Source: Lingula anatina
Taxonomy: Eukaryota > Animalia > Brachiopoda
Length of the DNA stretch: 64,000 nucleotides
Assembly: GCA_051362555.1 (NCBI GenBank)
Contig: CM120640.1
Coordinates: 39,658,788-39,722,787, forward strand
Reading direction: 5' to 3'
This document shows, piece after piece, positions 24,091 through 36,147 of this stretch. The notes beneath the pieces are model-generated. The model searched no databases, was not told where the DNA came from, and saw only the letters and a list, made by a program, of their open reading frames with translations. The position numbers and the translations under genes are program-made. Position 1 is the stretch's first letter; every line of letters starts with the position of its first letter.

Positions 24091-24843
24091 TGGAATTTCA
24101 CTGAGTTGAGCTCTGGAAGATTTGAAAAGAAAAGCAATAACTCTTATGTGCAGTGCAAACACAAGCATTGTTTGGATTGCAAGTACATGACTATGACACA
24201 TATTTTCAAAATGGAAATAATGAATTGAAGACCAAAGAGTCTACTCACATGCGAATATCTTCACCATTGCAAAGCTTTGCGCACCGACACAGCACCACAA
24301 TACCTGTTATTGATTTTGTGCGGATGGTCGTCACTACTGTTGCCCCGTTTCGAGTTCACCATTCAAAAAGAGATCTGAATAAATAGAACCTTAGGGCACA
24401 TGCTTTAATAACTTAGATTTACGGACCTCAACACCCACAGTCACATCAGCAGCAGTTAGACCTAGAATCACTATTTATCACAAAAATATATGGCGCACGC
24501 CAGATTGAGATCCAGACGCCAATTTTGCTAAGGATTTAAAATCAATCTAGGCCAGATTGAAATCCAAATCACATATATTTTTTAAATTTAAATCACATCG
24601 CAAATAAAGTTATTTCAAAATACTTCACTTTAGATATAAAAAAACTGCCATCCTTAAGTGCCACATCCTTAACTGGCATCCTTATGTGTTCCCAGGTGCA
24701 TTTTTGGTGCGTGATCAAACTTAACCGCGTATCTGTGACTTATAAATTTTTCACATACATTTGATCAAAAGCGTTAGTTTTCATTGATACCTAAGAACAC
24801 AAGCATTGTTCTCAAACGGTTTTACATGAGGGTTCAACACATC

Positions 24844-24879
24844 AATAATAATAATAACAATAATAATAATAATGCTTAT

Positions 24880-24931
<52 letters not shown>
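24844..24931. repeat. (AAT)n microsatellite, interrupted
   Basis: Direct reading. Confidence 0.95.
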
Positions 24932-24932
<1 letters not shown>

Positions 24933-25049
24933 TCCAAAACCAGAGCTACAGGTCGTATTTTTCTCAGCGGTTTTGGTAGGAGAGCCTTTGTAATCATGAG
25001 AAAATTGCTGAAAATTTCGACATCATTATTATTATTATGTGCCAATACA

Positions 25050-25335
25050 ATGTGTAACGCGCATTTCCTAAGTTCCATCGAATGATATTTGTGCTCAGTG
25101 CACCTCTGAAGAATGTTTTTCAATTGCAATTTGCATCATCCTATATACCATCAAACAACCAGTAGACATCCAGTTAAAGTCAGCTTTATAAGCTTCAGAA
25201 AGGCAGTCCCCCGTGTCCAAAAGCAGTGTGAAGTTTTAGCATGCCATTGCTGTAGATGAGATCGTGTTTGGAGATTTTAAAAAAAACGTGCACAGGCAGG
25301 TGTTACAAGACAGAGGGTCTGGGCATTTTCAGCTT
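25050..25335 (-). pseudogene. Possible frameshifted B-box relic
   Basis: Joining frames gives KCPDPLSCNTC / LPVHVFFKISKHDLI (like the end of B-box1), then LDVYW..DANCN..RCTEHKYHS (weakly like B-box2). Stops and frameshifts are present; same strand as the two B-box genes. Confidence 0.25.
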
Positions 25336-25847
25336 ATCTGAACGTAAAAAGTGAAATTCATTTGATTAAGGAAATTGCAACCTCACTAAAATAAAAAATG
25401 TTTATATACAGCGACTCTTTGATAACATCGGATCGAGAAATGCGAGTTTCTTCGCCGTGAACGATATATTTTATTTTCTGAAGGGTGACCAACGATAAAT
25501 ATAAAACCAAATGTCTAGCGTGCTTTCCTGTGTAACTATCTCAAAGACCGACGAAAAGGTGTAAAGAACAAGCCTAGCGAAAAAATGATACGCCTTTGCT
25601 GGTTGCAGTAAGCACTCCCGATTGACAAGTGACTATCGGCTGGAGAGGCAGTATGGAGAATTTGATTGGCCCGTCACACGTGGATACAAGTTGAGATCCA
25701 AGGTTGTTACAGTGTACCCATAAGCAGGGATTGATGTATAAGCAAATTAAGCACGTGTTTGAGCACAAATATTAAGAAGTAAAATATCTGCAAAGGGAGA
25801 AAGTTATATAAACATTGAGAAATTGAGAGACTAATATTTAGATGGCA

Positions 25848-25870
25848 GAGAGAGAGAGAGAGAGAGAGAG
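25848..25870. repeat. (GA)n microsatellite
   Basis: Direct reading. Confidence 0.9.
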
Positions 25871-26199
25871 GGCCATACACTAAGAGACTAAGAGACCTAA
25901 CTCCGGCCCTACTTATGGGAAACAAAAAAGATGATCATTATAATATATAATTTGTTGGTGAGGGTTTCTTATTCAGAAGCTAAACGTGGATAAAGGGCGC
26001 AAATGTTGAATAAAGAACAAGCGATCAAACCACATGAGTGTGAGTTGACTCAGCATAGTTTAAGACTTTTAGCCTATTTAATGCAGCATAATATCCATTC
26101 AATAAGTTGATTTGACTTATAAGACTTCTATCACTCAAGAAAAAAATTCATAATAAGTCACCACAAAACTGCTCTACTTTTCGGGCTTTAAAAACTCCG

Positions 26200-26631
26200 C
26201 AATACCTTTCATTGTGTTGGCGTCGCACCTGCTGCAATCTTGAACATCACATACCAACTCGCAGAGCACGCAGCCAATCATGTGCAAGATAATTCGTAAA
26301 CCCGTGTCGTAACGGCCGTCCATCTTAATTGATCGTTTCCAAAAACTTGTTTGAAAAGTAAAGTTACCAACTAAGAATGGTTTGAAACATATGCGAGATG
26401 TCCAACATAGCGAGGGAAGAAACACACTGACAGGAAAATAAGATGCACGACTTGACTGTGGTGGCACTTTGAAAGGCGGTCCAATATCGGTATGTGGTAG
26501 TATGCAAACTATGTCAACAACAAATAACTCAGTAATTTAGTAAATATTGTCAGCAACAACAGTGTAAAATGGATTCAGAACGTTGTTCAGTCCATTTGTA
26601 GAGTTGCAGTGACTACACAACTTCACCAACA
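26200..26631 (+). promoter_or_regulatory. Candidate RGS12 promoter and non-coding first exon
   Basis: Last CpG-rich patch before the CpG-poor gene body. GCCAATCA at ~26273 and a donor-like CA|GTAAGC at 26632. An upstream exon is required because the start codon sits 5 nt after a splice acceptor. Confidence 0.4.
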
Positions 26632-27032
26632 GTAAGCATGTCAGCTTTATGTAAACAGAGCACCCATGATACTGAATTCACCGTTGCAGCTATTATGATA
26701 AGTCATAACGAATAATAAAAATTGCAAAATTTGTAACGGGTTTGTTGAAAGTAATGATAAACGTAAATAAACCGTTGGCACTCTCGACTGTGCGGGTTCT
26801 TTCAGTAGTTGATCTGACTTCGTGATATGAGCAACTGAAATATAAAAATTACCTGTAAAACATCAGTGATTTTGAATGAACGAGTGGAGCAGTACTGGAT
26901 ATTATTGGACAAGAATCAAAACAGCTATCTAAATCTGTAACATGTAGTGTGTCATGCCTATGATGTACCTTCTAAAATTCACTTTTTTGCTTTGATAATT
27001 GGTGAATATTTTAACTAAGGAATAAACTTTAA

Positions 27033-27369
27033 AGGCATAATAACTCTTTTTATGAGATCTATATTTCACAAAAAAAACCTTGTGAATAACTCATAGAAAT
27101 AAAATATATTCTGTTTTACCACAAAAACAGCAGTTATAGCTTTTATTCTGATATTTGAACTTGTCTTTAGACCACGTGACCTCCATTGATGTCTATACTC
27201 TGTTAAAATCTCTTAAGAGATTTTAACAAAAAACCAAACTTTTTAGAAAAAAACCAGGGACTAACTTTGAATATAAAAATGGATTCATTAACCATTGGTA
27301 AGCATGGGAAAATTGTTGTTTACTCCAGGAAAATTCATTTTTTGGCCGAAACGAAGAGTTATTATTGCT
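27033..27369 (+). mobile_element. 337-bp TTAA-flanked MITE (Kolobok-type termini), copy A
   Basis: TTAA|AGGCATAATAACTCT ... AGAGTTATTATTGCT|TTAA. RR..YY termini with a TTAA TSD are typical of Kolobok. Confidence 0.82.
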
Positions 27370-27632
27370 TTAAGCTTTGGAATATTGAAACATGTTATTA
27401 GCTATTGTTAGTTTGTGTACAATTATATACATGAGTGTTGTTTCTAAATTTGTTATAGTCTGTCCACTGGGTGATAAGAAACTGATATGCTTTTTATTTA
27501 TAGTTGTAGAGATATTTCTTGCATATAATTATTAAGTAATAGGTATAAGTAATAGAAGGTAGGAGATAACAAAAGATATACCTTATTAATACACTAGTAT
27601 AATTATGGTATTATTATTTAGCTAGATGTTAA

Positions 27633-27969
27633 AGCAATAATAACTCTTCGTTTCGGCCAAAAAATGAATTTTCCTGGAGTAAACAACAATTTTCCCATGC
27701 ATACCAATGGTTAATGAATCCATTTTTACATTCAAAGTTAGTCCCTGGTTTTTTTCTAAAAAGTTTAGTTTTTTGTTAAAATCTCTTAAGAGATTTTAAC
27801 AGAGTATAGACATCAATGGAGGTCACGTGGTCTAAAGACAAGTTCAAATATCAGAATAAAAGCTATAACTGCTGTTTTTATGGTAAAACAGAATATATTA
27901 TTTTTCTATGAGTTATTCACAAGGTTTTTATTGTGAAATATAGGTCTCATACAAAGAGTTATTATGCCT
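27633..27969 (-). mobile_element. 337-bp TTAA-flanked MITE, copy B, inverted relative to copy A
   Basis: Reverse complement of 27033-27369 with about 9 substitutions counted by eye; own TTAA on both sides. Confidence 0.82.
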
Positions 27970-30736
27970 TTAACTGATAAAAACATTTCTGTAGTATACC
28001 TGTTTCGTCTTTCTGATGAATTGCCCTTTTGGAGTAACTTTTAAAGGTACATACGAACTGAGCATCGGTGGAGCGTGGATTCTCAGTAACACATGTAAAC
28101 CACTTCTACTAGATTCTTATATGACTCAAATAAATGCAACATGCCAAGGGATAAACTGAATAGATCACTCGATCAGCCATAAAAAACCTTTAGACTGCTC
28201 CTTTCTTTAAATTTTTGGTTGTAAATTTAACCTACTTTCGTGACCTACTTTCCTGCCCCATTGACATACAGCTTAGAATGCCAGCAGAAAAATCCGTTCA
28301 AACATCATTTTCGGGTAAAATTAAACAATGCCTTTTGGTAATTCTCTTAGTTATACTACTTGAAACTATATGCTGGCATTTTGTTGGTTTTTGTGACAAA
28401 AATTGACTTTGTATGCATCTTTAACGACAGCACATAACTTTTGTCCAAAGGTATGATTAAAATAGGCAGACATCAAAAGATGGTTTGCTCATATAATTAC
28501 AGTTATTTCTAATTCAGATCTCTAGTACTTAGTATTTTGTTTTGGTTATGTGTTATAATGACAGGGTAAGTTGCAGATGTAAGGCACTTGAACATATGAA
28601 GTTTTGACAGTTTTAAAATGTTACAACAACAGCAGGTGCCAAGACCTCAGGTGTTAAACCTCTGAGTATATGAGGGAGTGGTCATATTGGTTGAATGAAA
28701 TAAAAGTAATAAAAAAATTAAAAAGCTAGAGGCTAATAGTGGTATACTGAAAATAATATTAATTGTAAATGATTTCTAGATGAATTTTTCTAGACAAGCA
28801 GTTTGGAGATGTGTGATGTTATTTTGTCCCACGCAGAAGAGACCCCAGCACCATTTATTCATTTTAAATTTGAGATAGAGTTAAATGATCTCTTGTATGG
28901 CAAATCACTGATGTATAACTAAGGGATGGGTTATCTGCCCTTGTGTTTGATGCTGCAGTAAAACATATTCTAAATAACGGTCACTATTCAAAATAAAGTG
29001 ATGCTTTTCATACTTTTAAAGTGATAGAACTTTCTTATTAAGAAACAAATGGTTGTTTTTCAAAGGATTTTCAAAAAGTTCAAGTGATTGTAGGTTGTAC
29101 AAGCTGTGAATAAACGTATTTGCTTCAGATAACAATGATATCAGTTTAAACTTGAGGACATTAAACAGTTTCAAACTGGTCTTTGAATTTAAATGAGCCA
29201 TTTGACATTAGCATGATAATATGAAGCTATTACACTATCACCATTAATGTCAGTTTAATAATATTTCCTTTGTCATTCAGTACTTCATTCCCTATACTTA
29301 AACATTGAAAAAGCATATTGAATTTGTTAAAATGCTTGTGTTTTGAAAAAAAAAAAAATTTTCCTGACAAACAATTATATAAAAGGAACTTACTTTTTGT
29401 ACTTTAGAGAATGTCTTAAGGTTTAATTCTAATTTCCAGTATTTCAGAAATAGAGCAAAAATGATAGAACAACAAATGAATTTATAAGTAAAAAAATATA
29501 TTTTCTTCATGTTGATTTATATATTAAATAAAAGTAAGCAGACTTTTTTTGTTTCACAGTCATTCTAACACCTCGTGTCAGCTGGCAATTTATCATGCTG
29601 TTTTCTGCACTGAACAGATGACTGGTGTCTGGTCTGATATATGTATATAGCTAACATTGCATGTGGCTTTGGTATTATGGTGTCCCTTACCAGTACATGT
29701 CTTTGGGGGATGAGACATGTATTATATGTGTGGAATTTTGAGTTCAGGTGTTACTTTGATCAATGTTAAACGGGGTCTGATACTAAAAGCAATACTGCAA
29801 ACAATGTTTCTAAAAATTAATTTTAGTTTTTATTTCCTTTTGTGTTATATTATGAATACCAATTTACAAGTACTAGTACTTATGTATGAGAATGATTAGG
29901 TATAAACATAAAAAATGCTTCTTTAACCCATTTAGGTTAATTATTACAGTTTACTTTTTTTATCATACAAATAACTTATTATTAGAATAGGTATATAAAT
30001 AAACAAAAGTAATGCATTCATACACTCTTGCAAATGATCATTGTCGATCAGTTAAACATTATAGAATATCCAAAAGCAGATAAACTTGTTGGTTTGCTTA
30101 GTGTAATTTGTATGCAGGACTTCGAATTAGAGGAAGACCTAACCCTACGCATGACCACAATACTTGATGTTATTAGCAATGATGCCATGTAGATCAATAA
30201 AACAGGTTGTGCAATGGTTATTTATACTTTTCCTTTCATTTTTGATGTGTATTTTATCATATCACAGTATGATCTGGAAAGTTCTTAACCTGTTGCTCAT
30301 ATCATATCAGTTTGATTCTGAATTGATTTGTGCCAGTGCCTTACAGTGCTTGTTCTAGGTCCTAAGCTTTTTATGTAGGTGTTGGCAGGGATTTGTAGAA
30401 CATGAAAAATTCCAACTGAGGACAAGAACCATGCTCAATCAATTACAGGAGCATGGCTGGGTTTACAAATTGCACTCTTCCTTGCAAACATGTATGACAT
30501 GCTTACTGATTTTTAAGAGAGAGAGAGAGAGATACTGAGGAAGGTGACACAGTATAATGTAACAGGCAATAGTTGTGTTATCAGTGTGTGACAAAGACAT
30601 ATTGTAGCCAGTGTACTGAGGTGTGCATGCATTATACCATCCCTCTCAGGGTGGCAGATGGAATAATGGATGCCCACACAAAGAAATTGTTAGGAAATAT
30701 GATCAATGAAAATTCTTCTCTTTCTTTCCAGCCACC

Positions 30737-33700
30737 ATGCATGCCCCACAACAACAACAACAGAGGCGACGCAAGAAAAGGCCAGTTCCACACGGGCTGA
30801 AGACAGTGGAAATTGGGCGTGGGAGAAGTGGCTATGGGTTTACCATATCAGGACAACACCCCTGTATACTGAGCTGTGTGGTTGCAGGCAGTCCGGCAGA
30901 AAGGGCAGGGCTCAGGACAGGGGATTTTGTCATGTCTGTTAACAACCAGGATGTCTCCCAGGCCAACCATGATGATGTGGTGCGCCTCATTGGGTCCTCA
31001 ACAGGTGTCCTTGTAGTACAGATAGTAGAGAACAACTACAGCTCTGCCTCCTCCGATGATGAAAACTACACAAAGAAACAGAAGGCCAAGTATCCCCACA
31101 GAAACCGTCCCAGACACAGCAATAATGCAAACAGTGATGGAAACAAAGCAAACCGTGCAGAGAAGGTGCTAGCTGATCTGGAATCTGGAGCTTTATTCAC
31201 AGAGCCTCTACCTGTCGTTGGAAAGCAGGGACACCAGCACCGCAGAGGGGTCACGCATAATGGACTTCCACAGAAAAACAGATCGCACAGTCCTGATGTG
31301 GAGCGAGTCCTCCGAGCCAACCAGCGTGCACGGAGCCCTGAACTGGATCGCTTTGCACGAGCCAATCACCGTTCTCATAGCCCAGACGTTGAAAGGTTTC
31401 TACGTGAGCGTTATCGTTCCCACAGTCCAGAAGCTGATAAGTATTTGAAATCTCGCCAGCGCTCTCACAGTCCAGATGTGGAGAGGTATCTCAGGGAACA
31501 GCAGAGAAACTATGAACAAAGACAGGGATATCACCACCAGAGATCAAAGACCAATCACTTACCAGTAAGTAACGGTCACTTACAGGACAGACCTTTAAAT
31601 AACGGACTCCAGCAGGAAAGGAAGTCCAGGAGAGATATTATAGAGCCAGGGCCTTTCTCTGGCAACAGAAATAATGTCCCAGTTCAGGTGCATGCGGCCA
31701 TGTCTGCCCAGGCAGCAGGCCCCAGTGTGGATCAGAGACCTAAAGTTAGGGGTAACCAGGCAGCAGCTAGTCAAGAACAGAGGCCTAGGGGCAGGGGTAA
31801 CACAGCAGGTGCTTGTGCCAGTGGGGAGCAGAGACCCAAGGTGAGGACTAACCCTGAAGGGGCCAAGTCTCCAATAAGTCCTGCTGGCTATCAGACTGTG
31901 TTCACTCCCCAGGAGCTGTCTAATATACTCTATCCTTCTCTCCAGCCTCATCTGGACCCTCTCAACGGGTTAGATGATAACCTTCCCCAGGCTGCTGAGA
32001 ATAACAGAGACAATGAGCTGAATCTCAGAGTAGTTGTAGGATATGTGGGCTCCATAGAAATGCCAAGTGACTCAAATATGCCAAACTCCCGTCTGCAGTC
32101 GATACGAAGTGCCATCCGCAGATTGCGCGTCGAGCAGAAGATTCACACTCTGGTCCTGATGGAGGTGTTCAGTGATGGTGTGAAGCTGACCAATAGTATG
32201 GGAATGACAGTGGCACATTATCCAGCTGACAGGCTTGCCTTCAGTGGGGTCTGCCCAGATGACAAGAGGTTCTTTGGCCTGGTGACCATGCACAGTGCCA
32301 GTAGCGATGAAATCAGCAGTGATAATGGCAGCCAGGCGGAGGAAGAACAACACGGCAGCTCGTGCCACGTGTTTATGGTAGACCCAGAGCTGAGGGCACA
32401 TAATATTCATGCCAAGAAAGCCAAGGCATTTGGATTTCAGTGCACTCATGATCCAGAGACGAACAAGTGTCTTGAATTTCCCCGCTCTGCCACCCCCATA
32501 TTACGGACTGTTGCTAAGCTTTATAAGGACAGGGTGGGTGGACTGTATGAGGCAGAAATTGCTCGGGCCAACATGTTTGCTGATCCCAACGTTGCTGCCC
32601 ACAGGAGTAATAGTAACAGCAGTAATAGTGACAGTGGTCTAGGTTTCTGGCGTGAGGATGGCTCTAATGGAGACATGGTCTATGTAGTGGATATGCCACA
32701 CTATAACCATGAATATGGGCACCACCCCAGGTGGTTCTATGACAGGCAAGCTGCAGGGTCCCCACCTCCTCCAGGGCCTCATGGTCATCGGAGTGGTCAA
32801 CCTGACCATGGGCGTGCCTTGTCCCCACCCCCTCCACCTCCTCCTCAACATCACCACCACCACCATCGAAGTGGACCCTCTGAGCCTGGTCATGCCTTCA
32901 GGAGAGTAGAGCAGAGAAAATCGAGTGATTCCACCTCTCCACAGTCTGCAGGCAGCACCCAAGTATCCCCTTCAGGGGCTAACCCCCCAGTGTTGGACAG
33001 GCTGAACCTGAGGGCCATGCCAGACCCTAATGTACACAAACTCTCCCCAAGTAGAGAGTCTTTAGATGCCAGGACGAGTGCAGAGAACCTCAGAAAGAGT
33101 ATGCACAAATATTTACAAACACGTCAGAAAATTGTTGTAGATACCAACCAACAGACCAGCAGTGATCAGGAATCCCATAAGAGCTCAGTCGATCTGACCA
33201 GCAAAGATGGCCATGTCTCTGGGCTACCACAGCAGGATGCCAAGTTCAACCTCAAGCAGCGCCCTCTATCTTGCCCCATAGAAAACACACCACTGATGCC
33301 CCATGTCCCCAGAGTCGGGGCATTGAAAGTAGAAACAGTAGATCTCGCTAACAAGCTCAGTCCCAGGGCTTGTATCACTCCTGGACCTGACATGTTCAAG
33401 GCAGCCAATTTTCATTCCAATAGCACCAACAGCATCAATGAGATCACCCCAACTAACACAACTGCCTCATCTTCCACTGAGAAACAGAGTGACCTAGATA
33501 TGCCGGATGCGCTAGATGTGCCAGAGGAGCGCAATGAGAAAAAGCACAAAAAGAAGAAGAACTCGAATGATGGAGAGTTTAAGATACCAAGTCATCCAGT
33601 TAAACAGAACAATAATAAAAGTAAACAAAAAGATGAAAACACAAGAGAGAGTCTTCCATCATCATCAAATAATTCAAACCAGGCTGCAGTACAAAAAATG

Positions 33701-34054
33701 GTAGCTAGGTTTGAAAAAGAAAAACCAATACCTCCCAAAAAGCCAGACTTGACAAAAAGAAATTTACCAGTTTCAGCTAACTCCAAAGCAGATGCTGAGA
33801 TTTCACAAGATTCTGATAAACTAAAGCAGACACAGGGTGACGGTGATAAATTATCAAGAGGTGACGGCTATTCCCAGAAAAATCCCGATAGAATGTCTCA
33901 TGATGGAGCATCCCAGAGAGACCCTCAGCCTCCTCCAAATGGGGCTAGCCAAGGGGGTGTCCAGGAGAACCATAAAGACCAATCACAAAAGGCTGCTCAT
34001 CCACACCTGGAGGTCAGAAGATTCTCAGAAGTGACCATCCCTAATTTTAAACAG
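30737..34054 (+). CDS. RGS12: RGS12/loco first coding exon (1106 codons): PDZ and PTB domains plus long disordered regions
   Basis: Acceptor TTTCTTTCCAG then CCACC-ATG. PDZ TVEIGRGRSGYGFTISGQHPCILSCVVAGSPAERAGL; PTB LRVVVGYVGSIEMP..DDKRFFGLVT..SSCHVFMVDP; conserved-looking SNSSNSDSGLG. Donor CAG|GTAAGT at 34054, phase 0. Confidence 0.95.
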
Positions 34055-36045
34055 GTAAGTCCACCACCAATATCACGTTTTCATGAATAAACTGATTAAT
34101 AGGGGTAGACACTTTGAAATATGGTCATTGAACTCTTCAATGGACTTCCCCTGATATTTTATCTCTGATGATGGCTCTCGGGGGAATTTGAGCATTTGTC
34201 ATTACTGGTAATGTTTGTGTTCATTAAATCACCTTCAGATCAGATACCTGTAGAGCTTTTAGGAAGTTTTAAGTCAGTTACTTGGAAATCTGATAAACAG
34301 CATGCGTCAGCAGTGCTCTCGGTTTATACAGTTCGTCATTAAGATAATTTGTAGTTCATGTGCTCTGCGGTAAGAGCATCGATTACTACAGAGATGGTGA
34401 ATGTCAGGTGCCCACCCTTGTAGATCACAATCAGGCTGAATAACCAGAGGTTTGGGTAAACTTCCCTGCAGTTTCTGTATAAACCCTGGGCCTCCTGATG
34501 TAAGAGCAAGGTACCTCTGGGCTACCATACCTGGTGGGTGACCTTAACTGGTTATACCCTGGCATTTTAAACTTCCATTTGCATAGGTCTTAGACTTGCC
34601 TTTTCATGAAAAGAAATGCAGCGGAGATTAATGAGCATGTTATTCACTTTGGTTTTCAATGTCCTTATTGAGTCTGTCTTGAAGGAGTGTGCTTGGGGAA
34701 CTGGTTTTTAAACAAAATTTACATGATAGGATTTATCATTTAAGAAGATTCACTGTGAACACATGATTAAGTTGTCTTACAGTAAAATTCTTGTTTTGTC
34801 TTTTTTTTTAAAGAAGATATTTTAGCATATTGAAAGATTTCTGAACATTTTTTTATATCATTGATTGGAAATATGAAGACGTTGGTGGTTGCAACTGTCT
34901 GCTTTGATCTACTATTTCAAAGAAATGATGCAAAATTGGATAAGATATAATTAAAAGCCCTTTTCTACCTTGCGTTAGACTCTTCTCTTTTTTTCCCTGG
35001 AGTGTTTGCAGGAAGCTATTTACAAAGAAGACTGTCAGGTTATTATAGGTGCCACTTCATGCTCTTTAGCAGTACATTAATTATCCACGCTGTAGTCTGC
35101 TAACACAGCAGATGCAGAGTTGCTGTGAAGACAGTGCTTTCATAAAACTAATTTAATGGAACTGAAAGGAATAGATCATGGGCCATGTTGCTGGCAATTA
35201 TTACTTTTTTTCTAGTTCAGAAAGAAAACGATTGGAGAAAAATTCAAAATCCAGCAGCTGCTGCTTATCAAGCAGCTGTTCAGCGGTTTGGTGACAGTTT
35301 GCCAATAGATGGCAGTGAGAGCAAATTCGGGTTGGTGCCCTTTCATCAGGCTTGCCTGCTTTCATGCAAAGAAACGGGGCTTTAACATACTACACAGGTA
35401 GTTTAAATGTTATGCATAGAAAAGAAACAGTGTGTAAGCTAAGCCAGTTAAGAACACAAATACCAATAACTGAGGAAGCATTAAGAAAGGTTACAAGAAT
35501 TTTCCATTGTGTGCATCAATTCATAACTGTTATGGCTAGCACGGATGAATGCCTTCAGTCTTTTCAGTGCTGTGTGAAATAAGCCTCATAATTCAATTAC
35601 CTTGCCGTGCAACTCGGAGACTGGACACAAAGCTTGTCATTTTTGCTTGAGGTGCCTTTGCCATAACTTGGTCCCATATATTTCATTCGCGCGTGTACTA
35701 GGAGAGAGAGGAGGAGGATCTTGGTGAGATCGTGGGAAGGTGTGATAATGCAGAGATGACCCTCCACTGTTAGTAGTGCCAGCTGCTGGCAATACAAATC
35801 CATTTCAAGGAGAAGAACAACAACAACGCATTATGATGGCAAGTGATTAGGGTCTCTTGAGGAAAGTTAGCTCTCTCTCTCCCAGTCCTAGCCTAGTGGA
35901 GGACTTAACTGTTGTATCATTGATAGGGCACTGAGGTAAAATTGCCTCTTAACTTTGCGATAGAGGCCTAGGGACATCAACAACAACAACAACAACTGAG
36001 CGTCATCTCAACAACCGCCAAAAGGAAGCCATAAATTTATTGGCC

Positions 36046-36147
36046 ATGTCAAAGTTACTGAAAGCTCTTTTGTCCCCAGTTCAGGTGCTGTCCAATAGGA
36101 GCCTCCATGTTTACCACTTCAGGAGTAAAGAGCAGATTGACTATCAG
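36046..36147 (+). CDS. RGS12: Candidate alternative first coding exon of RGS12 (34 aa)
   Basis: GCC-ATG, open for exactly 34 codons (MSKLLKALLSPVQVLSNRSLHVYHFRSKEQIDYQ) to CAG|GTAATC. Phase 0, compatible with exon 44534. Confidence 0.5.

Noticed and set aside
24091-24201. N-terminal 37 aa (MCHSHVL...) of the 352-aa ORF, hydrophobic like a signal peptide
   Set aside because: It mostly overlaps a pyrimidine tract and acceptor of a probable 5'UTR intron (24113-24248), so the hydrophobicity reflects T-rich intron sequence.
20641-24250. The two TRIM genes as cargo of a large mobile element or endogenous virus
   Set aside because: No bounding TIRs, LTRs or TSDs, and no integrase, helicase or capsid ORFs around them.
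24784-25129. ORFs with poly-N/poly-I/poly-L
   Set aside because: Translations of the (AAT)n microsatellite.
30737-34090. 1117-aa ORF as a complete single-exon gene, or the giant exon as a novelty
   Set aside because: A strong donor at 34054 joins in frame to downstream RGS exons. A large PDZ+PTB exon is already a known feature of RGS12 genes.
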